A stretch of 64,000 nt of DNA from Eledone cirrhosa (taxonomy: Eukaryota). Location of the stretch: the NCBI GenBank assembly GCA_964016885.1, contig OZ024747.1, positions 43,090,001 to 43,154,000 of the forward strand. The letters are read 5' to 3'. The position numbers and the translations under genes were made by a program. This document shows positions 50,826 to 64,000 of the stretch, piece after piece. Position 1 is the stretch's first letter. Each line of letters begins with the position of its first letter. Under the pieces are notes generated by a model that ran no database searches, had not been told where the DNA came from, and saw only the letters and a list, made by a program, of their open reading frames with translations.

Positions 50826-53800
50826 TAACAACAACAACAACAGCACCAACGCGAAAACTGTGAATGGCACAAACCAAAACAACGCCATCAACAACAACAG
50901 TGACAACGAGAACAACAAGAACCACAACGACAACAAAACCACAACCAACAACAACAACAACACCAACAACGGAAAAAATGAAAACAACATCAACAACAAG
51001 AACAATAACAACAACAACAAGACCAATAACTGCAACAAGGAAGTAAACGACAAAATATCGTTTGCGCAAACTGTAAAGAAAAACGGTAAGCTACACTCCG
51101 GTGGATATTTCAAATACAAATGAGCTTTTGAATAACGCCAGACAGTACGTCACTTTTGGGGAGAACGGATCATTCTCCATAAACTCTACCCCAGATCTGC
51201 GAAGAGAAACTGCCTTGAAAACTGTGGTTTTCAGGACAGTCCCAAACAAAACCCGAAAACCGACTCAACTTTCACAAGGTGAAATTGAGTTGGTTTTAAA
51301 AGATGCCTTAAAAGACATTGCTTTCATTCAGAAGGGTAGACTCTATGGGAGTTTATCCATTCTGATGAAAAACCAATTGATGGCACAGAAATATTCTGTG
51401 TCGCCAATTGTGTCACCACTGTTCACCTTTTTCCACCACTTACATGAGGAAAAGAACACAGAAAATAAAAATCCAAAGTATCACACCAAATATTGATATT
51501 TGGTGGGTATTATATGGATTTTTAAACCTCCAAAAAGACTTGATAATATCGGTAGGTAAGTCCTCCGGTGACCTGTTCAGCGGAAATTCTGGTCCAAATG
51601 ACACCAGAACGAATTTCTAGGATCCCGGAACGTGTGCTGCTGGATGGGTTTATATACATAAACATTTCGGTCGAGGGTAGGCAGCCCTCATGTTACCACT
51701 GCTTAAGCAAGGGTCACCTGAGAGCTTCCTGTCCTCGGCTAACTAACCAAAAAAAGGCACTACTGCCAACACCTGCAACACCAGCACAACAATCACCACC
51801 ACCACCACAACAACAATAACATAAAAAAATAGTGACAACAAAACAAACGACAAACACAGTCCCACCAAACCCCTCCCCACCTAAAACAACTCCAGAAACA
51901 GCCACACACATAACAGCTCCCCAAAATGTACCCCTCTCCAACAACACGGATGAGGGAGAGCCTTTCTGACCAGTAAAAAGAAAAAAGAAAAGACATAACA
52001 CAAACAAAAATGCAACAAACACACAAACACCAACACAAGCGATGCAAACAGCACAAACAAAAACACCCCCTCCTGAAAACAAAACACCTACTACAAAACT
52101 TAAACACACACAAGAACCACAGACAAAAAGCAACATAACACAACAAAAATGTTACACCTACATAAATACTAACAATAAAACTTTAACAGACATGATATAA
52201 AAAAACCGAAGGGAAAACTTTTACACACTCTTCGGAGAATTCTAATCTTAAAATGATTGGGGTCTCCACATAATCAGTTAACAGGAAAATTTCCTACCGA
52301 CGTAGGTAACCCCTGCGTCAAACCCTACAATCGAGTCCTGTTAAAATGTGACAGTAATGGTGTCGAGCACCTCGCAAATCGGGGAGGTCAGCACCTTACT
52401 GAAGGAATACGAAAGGTTCACATGAGCGAAGCTGAACCAAGACAAATCCGTCGGTTTGCAACTCGGAACGTGGAGAGGCAAACTGATGCTTTCCGATGGT
52501 GTCGTTGGACGCTGGACGGAAGGACCAGTAAAGCTGCTCGGAGTCTGGTTTGGTCCAGACCACCAGGTGGAGAAGAAGTGGAACGAGATGATGGCCAAGG
52601 TGTTTGTGCTCATCCAGAAGTGGGCTGAATGCAAACTATCCTTGAAAGGTCGAGCGGAGGTGGCGAACACTTTTATAGCGTCCGTCATCTACTACCGCTT
52701 GACCGTCGTGCCTTGTCCAGCCAAAACGCTCACCAAATGGAGCGCGCGCTCTTCCAATTCCTTTGGAAGAAACGGGCTCCTTTGGTGAGAAGATCCATCT
52801 GCTGCCAACACCCTTCAAACGGAGGGCTGACGATGCGCAAACACGCGCTCAGGCTGTGGCACCTCCACGTATTCCTCACCGGACAACCGGTGTGGGCCTC
52901 GTTCATGAGGCGAACCTTCCTACGACTTGTCTCGCTGACCGAACTGAAGCCCTGGGTCAAGCAAAGACTGAGGCAAATGGGCGACTGGCACATTGAATGT
53001 GCTCAGGTGCTCACAGAACCTCTGGCAAACGGACCCGGCGATCAGTGGAGACTTCACTTTGTCATTCTATAGAGGTTTGGTCAGCAGCAAGTACGACAAC
53101 GTGCTCGGAGAAACTCTAGGCATAGAGGAGGACGAACTGGCCAGTCTGTTCAGTAGGACCTTCCGCCCGGGACCGATGGACAACTTCCAAAAGTCCCTGG
53201 CCTGGAAGTGCTACCGAGGAGCTCTACCAGTTCAAGACAAGCTCTACAGACGCAGGCGCTCGGGCAGGGACACTTCGAAAAAGATCTGTCTGAGATGCGT
53301 GTGCGATGAGGAAACCGTCGCGCACGCATTTGTACACTGCCCGGGCATTACCGACCTGTAGGGCTATGTAGAACGACTATTGTCGCGGGTGGGACCAATC
53401 CAGTTGACCACCGAGTCCATTTTCATGATCAAACCGCCAACCTCCTTCAAAAATGAAGGAGAGGCGGTTTTGCTATGTGTTATGGCTATGGTGAAAGAGG
53501 TTATATGGTGGACGAGGTTAAAAGGGCTGAGGTCAGACACCTTTCTCTCCGGCGAACAACTGATTCGTTTTTTCAAATATCATTTTGGAAGAAGAATCAG
53601 GATGGAGAGAGAGAGGGGCTGTACCCCAGCAAATTTTATGAAAGGTGGGTGAATGTGGCAAAGATGGCCCGAGTGGTTGGGCCTTCTCTCTATATAAGCC
53701 TGTAGGTTGAGGAAAAAGTACTCACTCTTGGTGCTCCTGGAGATGAGGGTTCTACATTTTTCCAGGGTGTGTACAACCCCTGTGTAACGCCTCTCCTCTA

Positions 53801-53920
53801 TTGGGGATTTCAATTGTTATTTGTTGTTTTATTAATAGTTTTATTTTCATTTACCTGTATGTAAACTCCCCATTTGTATTTGTCCCCTTCTTTTGTGCCC
53901 TTGTGGCTAATAAAGAAATT
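50826..53920 (+). mobile_element. Degenerate Tx1/L1 LINE: ORF1 (zinc knuckle) plus internally deleted ORF2
   Basis: CYHCLSKGHLRASC knuckle; 52380-53705 homologous to 2702-4048 with frameshifts; same 3' UTR followed by (TATC)n. Confidence 0.87.
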
Positions 53921-53938
53921 TATCTATCTATCTATCTA

Positions 53939-54388
53939 AAGCATAGAGAGAGAGACTAAGCAAAAGAGGTATCAAATGTGTTCTGGAGAGGAGATTGTGT
54001 TAGTATGGACATGTGATGTGTATGAAGGATGACAGCTGTATAAAAAAGTGCAGGGCAATGAAAATTGATGGAAGCTATGGAGTGGGTAGACCAAGAAAAA
54101 CCTGGGACGAGGTGATAAACACTGACCTTGCTCTCTTACACCTCTCTAAGACAATGTCACTGGATCGAGATCTTTGGCGCCATGCAGTTGTATAGAAGAC
54201 CCGCCTTGCATACAAACTTACACCTACAGTCAGTAGGCACCTCTTAACCCAATATACACCCCCATCACACACCCCCTCCTCCATCCTCCCACTGAAAGTA
54301 GTCGTGTAGACAGAAAGCACCCAGTCCACACTGTAAAGAGGTCATGTAGGAGACACGGTAAAAAGGCTCCCAGTCCACACTGTAAACA
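53939..54388 (+). mobile_element. Diverged RTE family A fragment
   Basis: KKCRAMKIDGSYGVGRPRKTWDE. Confidence 0.85.
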
Positions 54389-55503
54389 TGCACACACACA
54401 TATATATGCATTTCTATCCACCCAGTTTCCCTCCTGTGGCATTGTTCAACCCAAGCTTATAGACACTTTTCTAAGATGCCATGTGGTGGGAGTGAACCCA
54501 AAACAATGTGCTTGTGAAGCAATCTCCTTAACCACTCAACCATGTCTGTTCATACAACTAAACATTACATTTATATTTCCACAATTCTAAACTTAAACAA
54601 TTTAATAAAATAATTTATTAGAAAACTAACAACTGCTGTTGAAATTCTATAAAATAAATTGTTGTCATATAAAATCCGGAATATCTTTCCAATTACATAC
54701 TTCTAAACATTATGGTTGCAAAATGGAAGTTTAACCATCAATTGAAGTTATGATATTTCTGTTGACACATTCTTTCTTTCTCTTTTTGACAGAAATTCTT
54801 AGAGACAGAGAAGAATCAAAGGTGAACCATTCCACAAGACCTGAGACTGTTTGCTGTCACCTATAAAACTTCAACAGTTTAAACAATTTGATTGTAGAAT
54901 TAGATTACTAGAATTGTGTGTCCAAAAATGTCTGTTTTTCTTCATCATTCAATAAACTCTATTGCGATGATTTGATGAAGACAAGTGATCTTTAAAAAGC
55001 ATTAAGTCTGATATTATTAACATTAGTCAAATAGCATTAGTTGGATCATAAATTACGTTTGCAAAAATTGATTTTTCCTTTAATTTTCTTTTCTTGAAAT
55101 GAAATAAATGAATGCAGTAACTATCAGTAGTGACTTAAATCAAAATTTGAAACACTAAAGTGATAATTCTATTTTAAAAATATATATTTCAGAGAAGATA
55201 ATAGGCACTTCCACAGTTTGGTCTTTATTTTAATTTTATCATCTTATCTATGACCAATATACTTATTATTATGGACATTGAGAAAGGCATGAACATCACA
55301 CAATCTCTTTTATAAACATAGTTTTTGTTAGTATGAATATCATGTTGTTTGTTGGTGTAATTCTTTCTTTGCTTTTTAACATTTTTCTGCCATACTTATT
55401 GAATATAACCTTGATAGTGAGGCACATTGATGTAGTCAGAGAATAACTCAGAGGCACTATCACCATGAAAAGATAATAGTTAAGTTACTGTTAGAATATT
55501 TAA

Positions 55504-55680
55504 CCCTTTTGTTACCATATTTCAAATAAAGGGCAATGTCATTGTGTTGCAATTAATTTTGAACAACAAATGTGCACTTCAAACAATGTATCCCTAAATA
55601 CACTATGTCTGAGAACAATGTTTGAACATAAAAAGATGAAAGAATTCTGGCCAGATGCGGCCAGTTTAAATGCTAAAGGG
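55504..55680. mobile_element. piggyBac-like MITE
   Basis: TTAA|CCCTTT ... AAAGGG|TTAA. Confidence 0.6.
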
Positions 55681-56071
55681 TTAAATAATCTAGGGCACTT
55701 TGGATAATCTATTCATAAATTACAAAGTTTGAATAAAAGACTCAAGTGGTCATAATGGGAATGTCTTTCACCTTATACCTCTTCATTTCAGGATTGCTGA
55801 CTTGGGTCAAAACCAGGTGTGGGCAACCTTTTTTGAGCAGCCTGCTGCATGAGATATGGCTCATACCGATAAAAACATTCAAGGTAATTTTTTTGTTAGG
55901 TGTGTCATTCAGAAAGCCAAACAATCTGCAAGTAGCCATGGACTGCAGTTAACTCATGACTGGTCAAACAATTATTGTTAACATAGACACAAGGAAACAA
56001 ATTTGAGAGAAGGGGTTGTTGATAAAATTGACCCCAGTACTCGGGTGATGCATTATTTTAGAAATCCCTTA

Positions 56072-56263
56072 AGGGCGGTGGATTGGCAGTATCGGTAGAG
56101 GGTCGGACGCCATGCTTTGACGCATAGAGTTATGGCCCTTGCCATTCTGAGTTCAAATCCCGCCGAGGTTAACTTTGCCTTTCATCCTTACGGGGTCGAT
56201 AAAATAAAGTACCAGTAATACACTGGGTAATTGCTGGCCTTGTGCCAAAAGTAGAAACCATTA
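56072..56263 (+). mobile_element. Young SINE with TSD, nested in an older opposite-strand SINE (~55985-56380)
   Basis: ATTATTTTAGAAA(T/C)CCCT on both sides; A and B boxes intact. Confidence 0.9.
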
Positions 56264-56548
56264 TTTTAGAAACCCCTGAAGGATGAAAGGTAATGTCGAC
56301 TTAGGTTTGATTTGAACTCAGAATATAATGAGCCAGAAAAATACTTCAAAACATTTCTTCTGATGCTCTACCAATTCTGCTATCCTTTCAGTAGCTCAGT
56401 TCTTTGATAACCCAGAAGAAGAAGAAAAAGTAGATATATGTATATCATCATCATCATCATCATCATTTTACATCCGCTTTTGCCTGTTTGCAAGGGTGTA
56501 TATATGGACATGATATGTATAAGAGAAAAGGAGTGATAGATATAGATT

Positions 56549-56609
<61 letters not shown>

Positions 56610-56856
56610 TATATAAAGAGAGAGAGAGAGAGGGGAGAGAGGGGGGGGGGGGAAACGTGTGTATAGAGAAGTAATAGTGCACATTTTTACTCACTGCTAA
56701 ATTGACAATGAAACATAATTGTAGAAATGTAGTGCAATATTTCACACTGATGTTTCTGTCAAAGTATTTTATTTATCTCTTCTATAGTTATATGTAAACT
56801 GAAGCAGAATGAAGTATTTACTTTGGACAATGCTAGCAGGGAAAACAGACATTAAA

Positions 56857-56893
<37 letters not shown>

Positions 56894-58369
56894 GACAGTA
56901 TTCTATAAGACTGATGTCTTTGTCAATCTACTCTTATTTCTAATATAGTTGTACTTTTAGTCTTATCCTTTTACTGGTTTCAGTCAGTAGACGACGGTCA
57001 TGCTGGAGTACTGCCTTCATTTAGTCAGTCATATAGGCCCCACTACTCTTTTACTGGTTTCAGTCAGTAGACGACGGTCATGCTGGAGCACTGCCTTCAT
57101 TTAGTCAGTCATGTTGGCCCCAGTATATAGTTTTCAAGACTGGTACTTATTTTATCCATTTCTAGTTGTCATTTTTGTATTTGTTTTGCCAAATCTTTGA
57201 TGTGAAAATGTGTGGTGAAACAGATATTGTTATAATTTGGGAGAGTCATGCTGCCAATAAAAAACACATGCACCCAAGAGTTTCATTTCAGTATTATAAT
57301 TAGTAAGGTAACTAATCCATTCATTAGTTGGTTTAGTAACTGGATGGTTATTTAATAGTCTGAGGTCTTTTGTCACACCTTCTGTAACCTTCTCATTGAC
57401 TAACCTTAGAATAAAACCAAAGAAAAACTCAACTAGTGCATAATAATTTGGATTGGCAGCATAGCACTCTCAAAGTATAACAATGTAATATAATATATCA
57501 TATATTATATATATTTATGTTTTTAAGACCATCAATAAATATTTTGATTATATATGTGTATATATATATGACTGACACACACAACAAGTATTTAATGCAA
57601 TTACCACCTCATATTTCAATAATGTATTTCTATTTATTTAAAAGAGAGCTGGTGTAAAATATTACAAACACCCAGTGTAAGTAAAAATGAGTGTTTATGA
57701 CAGTATATAGAAGTAAATTCTATAAATGTTAAAGTAAGAGACATTAACCATTAAATCTGGTGAATAAATGTGCATTTAGATGAATAACTGTGCATTTAAT
57801 TTTCCAAATACATGAAAGAATAAATGCTTTTTATACATATTTTCTATACAAATGTATGGAGTAAATGTATTTAGAGTTATATAAATGCCTTTGTAATAGG
57901 TTAAAAAAAGAAACATTAGATATTAAAGTTACCAAATAAATGTGAATTTAATTTTGTAAATATACATGTTATCATTACAAGTGTAAGTAGAAAACATATT
58001 TACAAGCGTTGTGTTGGTAAAGAATCATCATCATCATCATCATTGGATGTATTAGTTGCAATTTTCATAGTACTAGCAGACGAGGTTGTCATGTCAGAAT
58101 TGAAGGGTCATCACAACACTTTTTAGCATGTATTTTTAGGCATGGAGCCCGTCTTCAAACCAACAAGTTACACTGTATAGTTGGTACATATTATCATCAC
58201 ATCAGTAATAGGGAGTTTGTTGGGTGAGATGATAAATTGGCAGAATAATTAAGGGATCAAACAGAAGGGCACACAGTATTTGATCTGGCTTTCTGTGCTG
58301 AGTTCAAATCCCACTGAGGTCAAATTTGCTTTCCATTCTTTTGAGTTATAATGTGTATAGTTAAATAGT

Positions 58370-58468
58370 TGTTTCTACTTTTGGCACAAGGCCAGCAATT
58401 ACCCAGTGCATTACTGGTACTTTATTCTATCGACCCCGGAAGGATGAAAGGCAAAGTTAACCTCGGCG
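58370..58468 (-). mobile_element. 5'-truncated SINE with 17-bp TSD
   Basis: GTGTATAGTTAAATAGT at 58353-58369 and 58469-58485. Confidence 0.88.
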
Positions 58469-58962
58469 GTGTATAGTTAAATAGTGTGTACTAAACATTA
58501 TAGTACTGTGGTGTACTGTAGTAGTGACATAGTGGGCACTAAACATCATAGTACTGCAGTAGTGAAATAGTGTGTACTAAATATAGTACTGTGGTATAGT
58601 GTTGTAGTGAAATAGTGTGTACCAAACATTATAGTACTGTGGTATATTGTAGTGAACTAGTGTGTTCTAAACATTATCATACTGTGATATAGTGTAGTAG
58701 TGAAATAGTGTCTACAAAACATTATAGTACTACTGTACTAGTGAAATAGTGTGTCATCGTCTTCGAGAGATGCAATTGTGCATGGTCAGCTTTTATCACC
58801 TTCAATTCCTCTTATGCCTAGTTTTTTTCTAAGTTCGTTTATGCTTTGTCATTGACATATATTACTATTATACATCCATCGGAGCATGCAGGCTTCATTT
58901 CTTTCCAATCTTCGCAAGTCTTCTGCACATAGTGCCCAAGAACTACCAAGCAATATTGCTGT

Positions 58963-60617
58963 TTAGGTGTTCAGGATTGCTAGACAATGTGTCAAGGAAA
59001 ACCGTGATATTGTCTGGGAGAAGTGTGCCCATAATGATAATGGTGTACTTGCCCTCACTGATACTGATAAGAAGGTAGCTTGGAAGTGTCACTACGAGAG
59101 ACTACTAAATGAGGAGAATAAATGGGAAAAAGATAGTCTGCCCCAAATCGATCTAATAGAGGGACCAGCAGTGAAAGTTGAAGGTAGTATAATAAGTAAG
59201 GCAATCAAAGATATGAAGACAGGCAAGGCAGCTGGGCCTTCGGAGATAGTTACTGAAATGTTGAAAGCATCTGGAATGGTGGGACATACTATGGTCACCC
59301 GGATAGTAAACCAAGTAATACAGAATGGGGTCATACCAAATGACTGGCATAGCAGCATCATCATTAACTGTTACAAGGGTAAAGGGGATGCTCTAGATAG
59401 GAGAAACTATAGAGGCATTAAGTTAGTTGACCAGGTCATGAAGGTCACAGAAAGAGTTATAGCACAACTAATCAGAGATCGAATTGATCTAGAGGAAATG
59501 GAGTTTGGGTTTGTGTCAGGTAAAAGTACCACAGACGCTCTTTTCCTTGTACGACAACTATAGGAGAAGTACCTAGCTAAAAGTAAACCCCTCTACTTAG
59601 CTTTTGTAGACCTGGAGAAAGCCTTTGACAGAGTCCCCCGCTCCATTATCTGGTGGGCTCTTAGAAAACTAGGTGTAGATGAATGCCTTGTGACAGCTAT
59701 ACAAACCATGTATAAAGATACAGTCAGCAAGGTTAGAATTAACAATGAATATAGTGAAGAATTTAGTGTAAAAGTTGGTGTTCATTAAGGCTCTGTCCTT
59801 AGCCCCCTCCTATTTACTATTACCCTTCAGGCTATAACAGAGGATTTGAAGACCAGCTACCCATGGGAACTTCTATACGCAGATGATCTAACTCTCATAG
59901 CTGAGTCTATGGCGGAACTAGAGAAGAAATTCCAAACATGGAAGCATGGCCTAGAATCAAAAGGCCTTAAAGTTAACTTGTCTAAGACTAAAGTTCTAGT
60001 ATGTAGAAAGAAAAATAGGGCACAGGTGCCCTCTGGGAAATAGCCATGCACAGTGTGTAGGAAAGGAGTAGGTAGAAATTCCATTTTATGTCTCAAACAC
60101 AAACTATGGGTACATAAAAGATGTAGTGAGATCACAGGTAAACTATCTAAGAACGTCGATTTTATATGTGGCCGGTGCTCAGGTACAATAAGTAGCAAGT
60201 ACCCACAGGATACTAGCTCCTTCTATTGCCCAGAAGGCTCTATAGAAATAGTGGACACTCTCCATTACCTGCGTGACAAAATCAACAGTGGTGAGGGTGC
60301 TCTGAAAGTACAGTAGCCAGAGTCAGAACGGGATGGAAAAAGTTCAGAGAGCTTATACTGCTGTTGGCCACAAAAGGTTTCTCTCTAAAAACGAAAGGCA
60401 GATTGTATGATGCCTGTATACGAACAGCAAAGTTACATGGCAGTGAGACATGGGCATTGTGTGCAGAGGACGTGTGCAGACTGGAAAGGAACAAAGCATG
60501 CAGGCTCCGTTGGATGTGTAATAGTAATATACGCGAACGGCAAAACATAAATGAACTAAGTGAGAAATTAGAAATAAGAGGGATTAGATGCTGTTTACTT
60601 GAGAGAAGACTACGTTG
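58963..60617 (+). pseudogene. RTE LINE ORF2 reverse transcriptase with stops; flanked by short minus-strand RTE pieces (58753-58938, 60619-60815)
   Basis: KGKGD..NYRGIKL, FGFV.GKSTTDA, FVDLEKAFDRVP, G.H*GSVLSP, LLYADD. Confidence 0.92.
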
Positions 60618-60817
60618 AGATTCCACTACATCACTTGTTTACCCATAGTTTGCCTTTGGGGCAGAGAATTGAATTTCTACCTACATCTTTCCTACATACT
60701 GAGCAAGGCCATATCCCTGAGGGGATCAGGGTTTAGTTTGCTCTTCTACTTACTAGGACCTTAGTCTTTGTCAGGTTGACTTTAAAACCCCTTGTTTCTA
60801 GGCCCTGCTTCCATAAT

Positions 60818-60906
<89 letters not shown>

Positions 60907-61464
60907 TTGTGTGTGACCATGCACACACACATCTGTCTGTAAAGAATGAAAGAATAAAAGAATTTATAGAATTCTAAAACTAGTTTGAAAAGATTGGGGA
61001 ACCACACCATGAAAATGAGATTTCAATATAGTATTGGTGTATGATATGTATGGTTAATATTATCATTAATTAGTTTAAAAAGTCTTGTTTTCTACCATTT
61101 CTGAAAGGACTTACAAATTATGTTCTAATGCTCACTGTATTGATTAATTTATAGATATATTGGAAATTGCTTCTTTTATTTATTTATTTATTTTTATTTA
61201 TCATTTTTATTTAATAAATTTTGTTTTTTATTGTCCTTTCCCGCCATTTTTTAATTTTTTAATTTTTATTTTATTTGTTATTTCCCATTCAACATTCCCC
61301 CGCCCCATCAATTCCCTCCTCGATACGAAGATCAGAAGAGTTCACCTCTAATCAACTGTCTTGAAATACCTTTCCTATATTTATGCTCCAATCAAAATAC
61401 AATATTCGCAGCATATTGTTCCGACAACAAAGACACGTTACCAGAATCCATCATCAATACCAAT

Positions 61465-62240
61465 GACACTGCCACCACCAACAACACCAACGACACCACA
61501 AGTGACACCACCACCACCACCATGACACCAACGACACCACCACCACCACCACCACAAGCGACACCACCACCACCACCACCACCACCACCAATGACACCAA
61601 CGACACCACAAGCAACACCACCACCACCACCACCACCACCACCACCACCGACACCAACGACACCACAAGCAACACCACCACCACCACCACCACCAACGAC
61701 ACCAACGACACCACAAGCAATACCGCCACCACAACCACCACCAACGACACCAACGACACCAACACAACCACCACCAATGACACCAACGACACCACAAGCG
61801 ACACCACCACCACCGACACCAACGACACCACAAGCAACACCACCACCACCACCACCACCAACGACACCACAAGCAATACCGCCACCACAACCACCACCAA
61901 CGACACCAACGACACCAACACAACCACCACCAATGACACCAACGACACCACAAGCGACACCACCACCACCGACACCAACGACACCACAAGCAACACCACC
62001 ACCACCACCACCACCAACGACACCAACGACACCACAAGCAATACCGCCACCACAACCACCACCAACGACACCAACGACACCAACACAACCACCACCAATG
62101 ACACCAACGACACCATAAGCAACACCACCACCACCACAACCACCACCAACGACACCACAAGCGACACCACCACCACCACCAACGACACCAACGACACCAC
62201 AAGCAACACCACCACCACCACCAACGACACCACAACGACC
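61465..62240. repeat. (ACC)-rich minisatellite with higher-order duplication
   Basis: ACGACACCACAAGC-type units; open in several frames on both strands. Confidence 0.9.
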
Positions 62241-62589
62241 CATACACAACACAAGACCAATTCTTCAGTCAACACGGTTTTTTCCCTTCTTTTTTTTGTC
62301 GTTATTATTCTTTACCATGACTCAAAGTTATCCTCAAAGGGATGATCATTCCTAACTCTAACTTCTTCCTACCATCAATTCTACATTTATAGCTTTGCAC
62401 TTTTCAGTTCAATATTGTCGACAAATAAAAGCACTAACAATTAGGTCAGGCAAGAATGTTATAATGGATGACATCGCTATAATGGTGCAAAATGTCTTTG
62501 AATAAAAACCTTGCGCTACTCTCCCCCATCTCTGCTTTGCTCCATATAAAAGCACATGAATAACTAATGGGATATGCATCTGTATGCAT

Positions 62590-62933
62590 GTAACATACAT
62601 ACAACCACAGCGAATACACTGACATGCACTTACACATATGCACACATATATATATATCCTTACATGTATACACACACATACATGCCATACATGTAAACAT
62701 ACATACAACCACAGCGAATACACTGACATGCACTTACACGTATGCACACATATATATATATCCTTACATGTATACACACACATACATGCCATACATGCAA
62801 ACATACATACAACCACAGCGAATACACTGACATGCACTTACACATATGCACACAAACATATATATATATCCTTACATGTATACACACATACATGCAAACA
62901 TATATACAACCACATATAAATTCACACATTTGG

Positions 62934-62985
<52 letters not shown>

Positions 62986-64000
62986 TTGCAAACAAATATA
63001 ACCATAGTTATATATATCATGTGCCTTCACACAAAACACTCATACACATAGATACATGTATACACACATACATGCATACATATATATACAATCACAGTTA
63101 TGCACTCACATGCCCTCACATAAAAGTACATACACATACACAGGGGTATATAAATACACATACACACATACATACAGCTGCAGTTATGTACTCACATGCC
63201 CTCACACAAAAAAAGACACACACACACTCAGGGTTACATGAGTACATGTATACATGCATGTATACATGCATGTATACATGTATACATGTATACATGTATA
63301 CATGCATGTATACATGTAACTACAGTTCTACACTCATATACCCCTGCATATACACACACACACACACACATGGACATATGCATACACACACACATGGACA
63401 TATGCATATACACACACACACACATGGACATATGCATATATACACACACACATGGGCATATGCATATACACATACACACACATGGACATATGCATATATA
63501 CACATACAGGCAAACACACATGGACATATGCATATATACACACACACAAACACACATGCAACCACAGCAATGCACTCTGTGCCATTACACAAAAACAGAC
63601 ACATGTACATACATGCAAACACACATACAACCACAGTTATGCACTCACATGCCCTTGCACAAACACACACACACACACGGACAAATGCACACACACACAC
63701 AGAGGGACAAATGCACACACACACACACAGGGACAAATGCACACACACACACAGGGACAAATGCACACACAGGGAGACATGCACACACACACACACAGGG
63801 ACAAATGCACACACACACACACAGGGACAAATGCACACACACACACACAGGGACAAATGCACACACACACACAGGGACAAATGCACACACACACACAGGG
63901 ACAAATGCACACACAGGGAGACATGCACACACACACACACAGGGACACATGCAAACACACACACACACAGGGACACATGCACACACACACACACATGTAC
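62590..64000. repeat. CA-rich tandem repeats (~110-bp unit at 62590-62910; (CA)nGGGACAAATG units at 63660-64000)
   Basis: Direct reading. Confidence 0.9.

Noticed and set aside
55791-55944. Possible host exon (plausible splice sites on either strand)
   Set aside because: No recognisable protein, ambiguous strand, contains a hAT-TIR-like motif; needs RNA-seq
61392-62275. Pro/Thr-rich mucin- or extensin-like ORF
   Set aside because: Open in many frames on both strands with no unique coding flank; simple-repeat artefact

Overview
Eukaryotic, AT-rich, repeat-saturated DNA with no recognisable host protein-coding exon. The SINE set and microsatellite load suggest an octopus or other coleoid cephalopod (inference). 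It contains (TA)n, (CA)n, (CAT)n, (TATC)n and (TATG)n microsatellites; 26-, 45- and 586-bp tandem arrays; many tRNA-derived SINEs; fragments of RTE, RTE-X-like, Tx1/L1 and R4/Dong LINEs; Penelope-like elements (PLEs); an internally deleted mariner; and small MITEs. Most long ORFs in the supplied track are microsatellite read-through artefacts. The main hidden signal is about 17 type-I hammerhead ribozyme (HHR) motifs in about 10 distinct sequence families. Most sit in short non-coding inserts in or beside (TA)n tracts, often as fold-backs. They include U3-A8 compensated catalytic cores (UUGANAA), stem II carrying inserted multi-hairpin domains, palindromic stem III, and a terminally redundant ~557-nt retrozyme-like monomer whose fold is supported by covariation between two diverged copies. 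All structures were folded by eye; no search or folding program was run.
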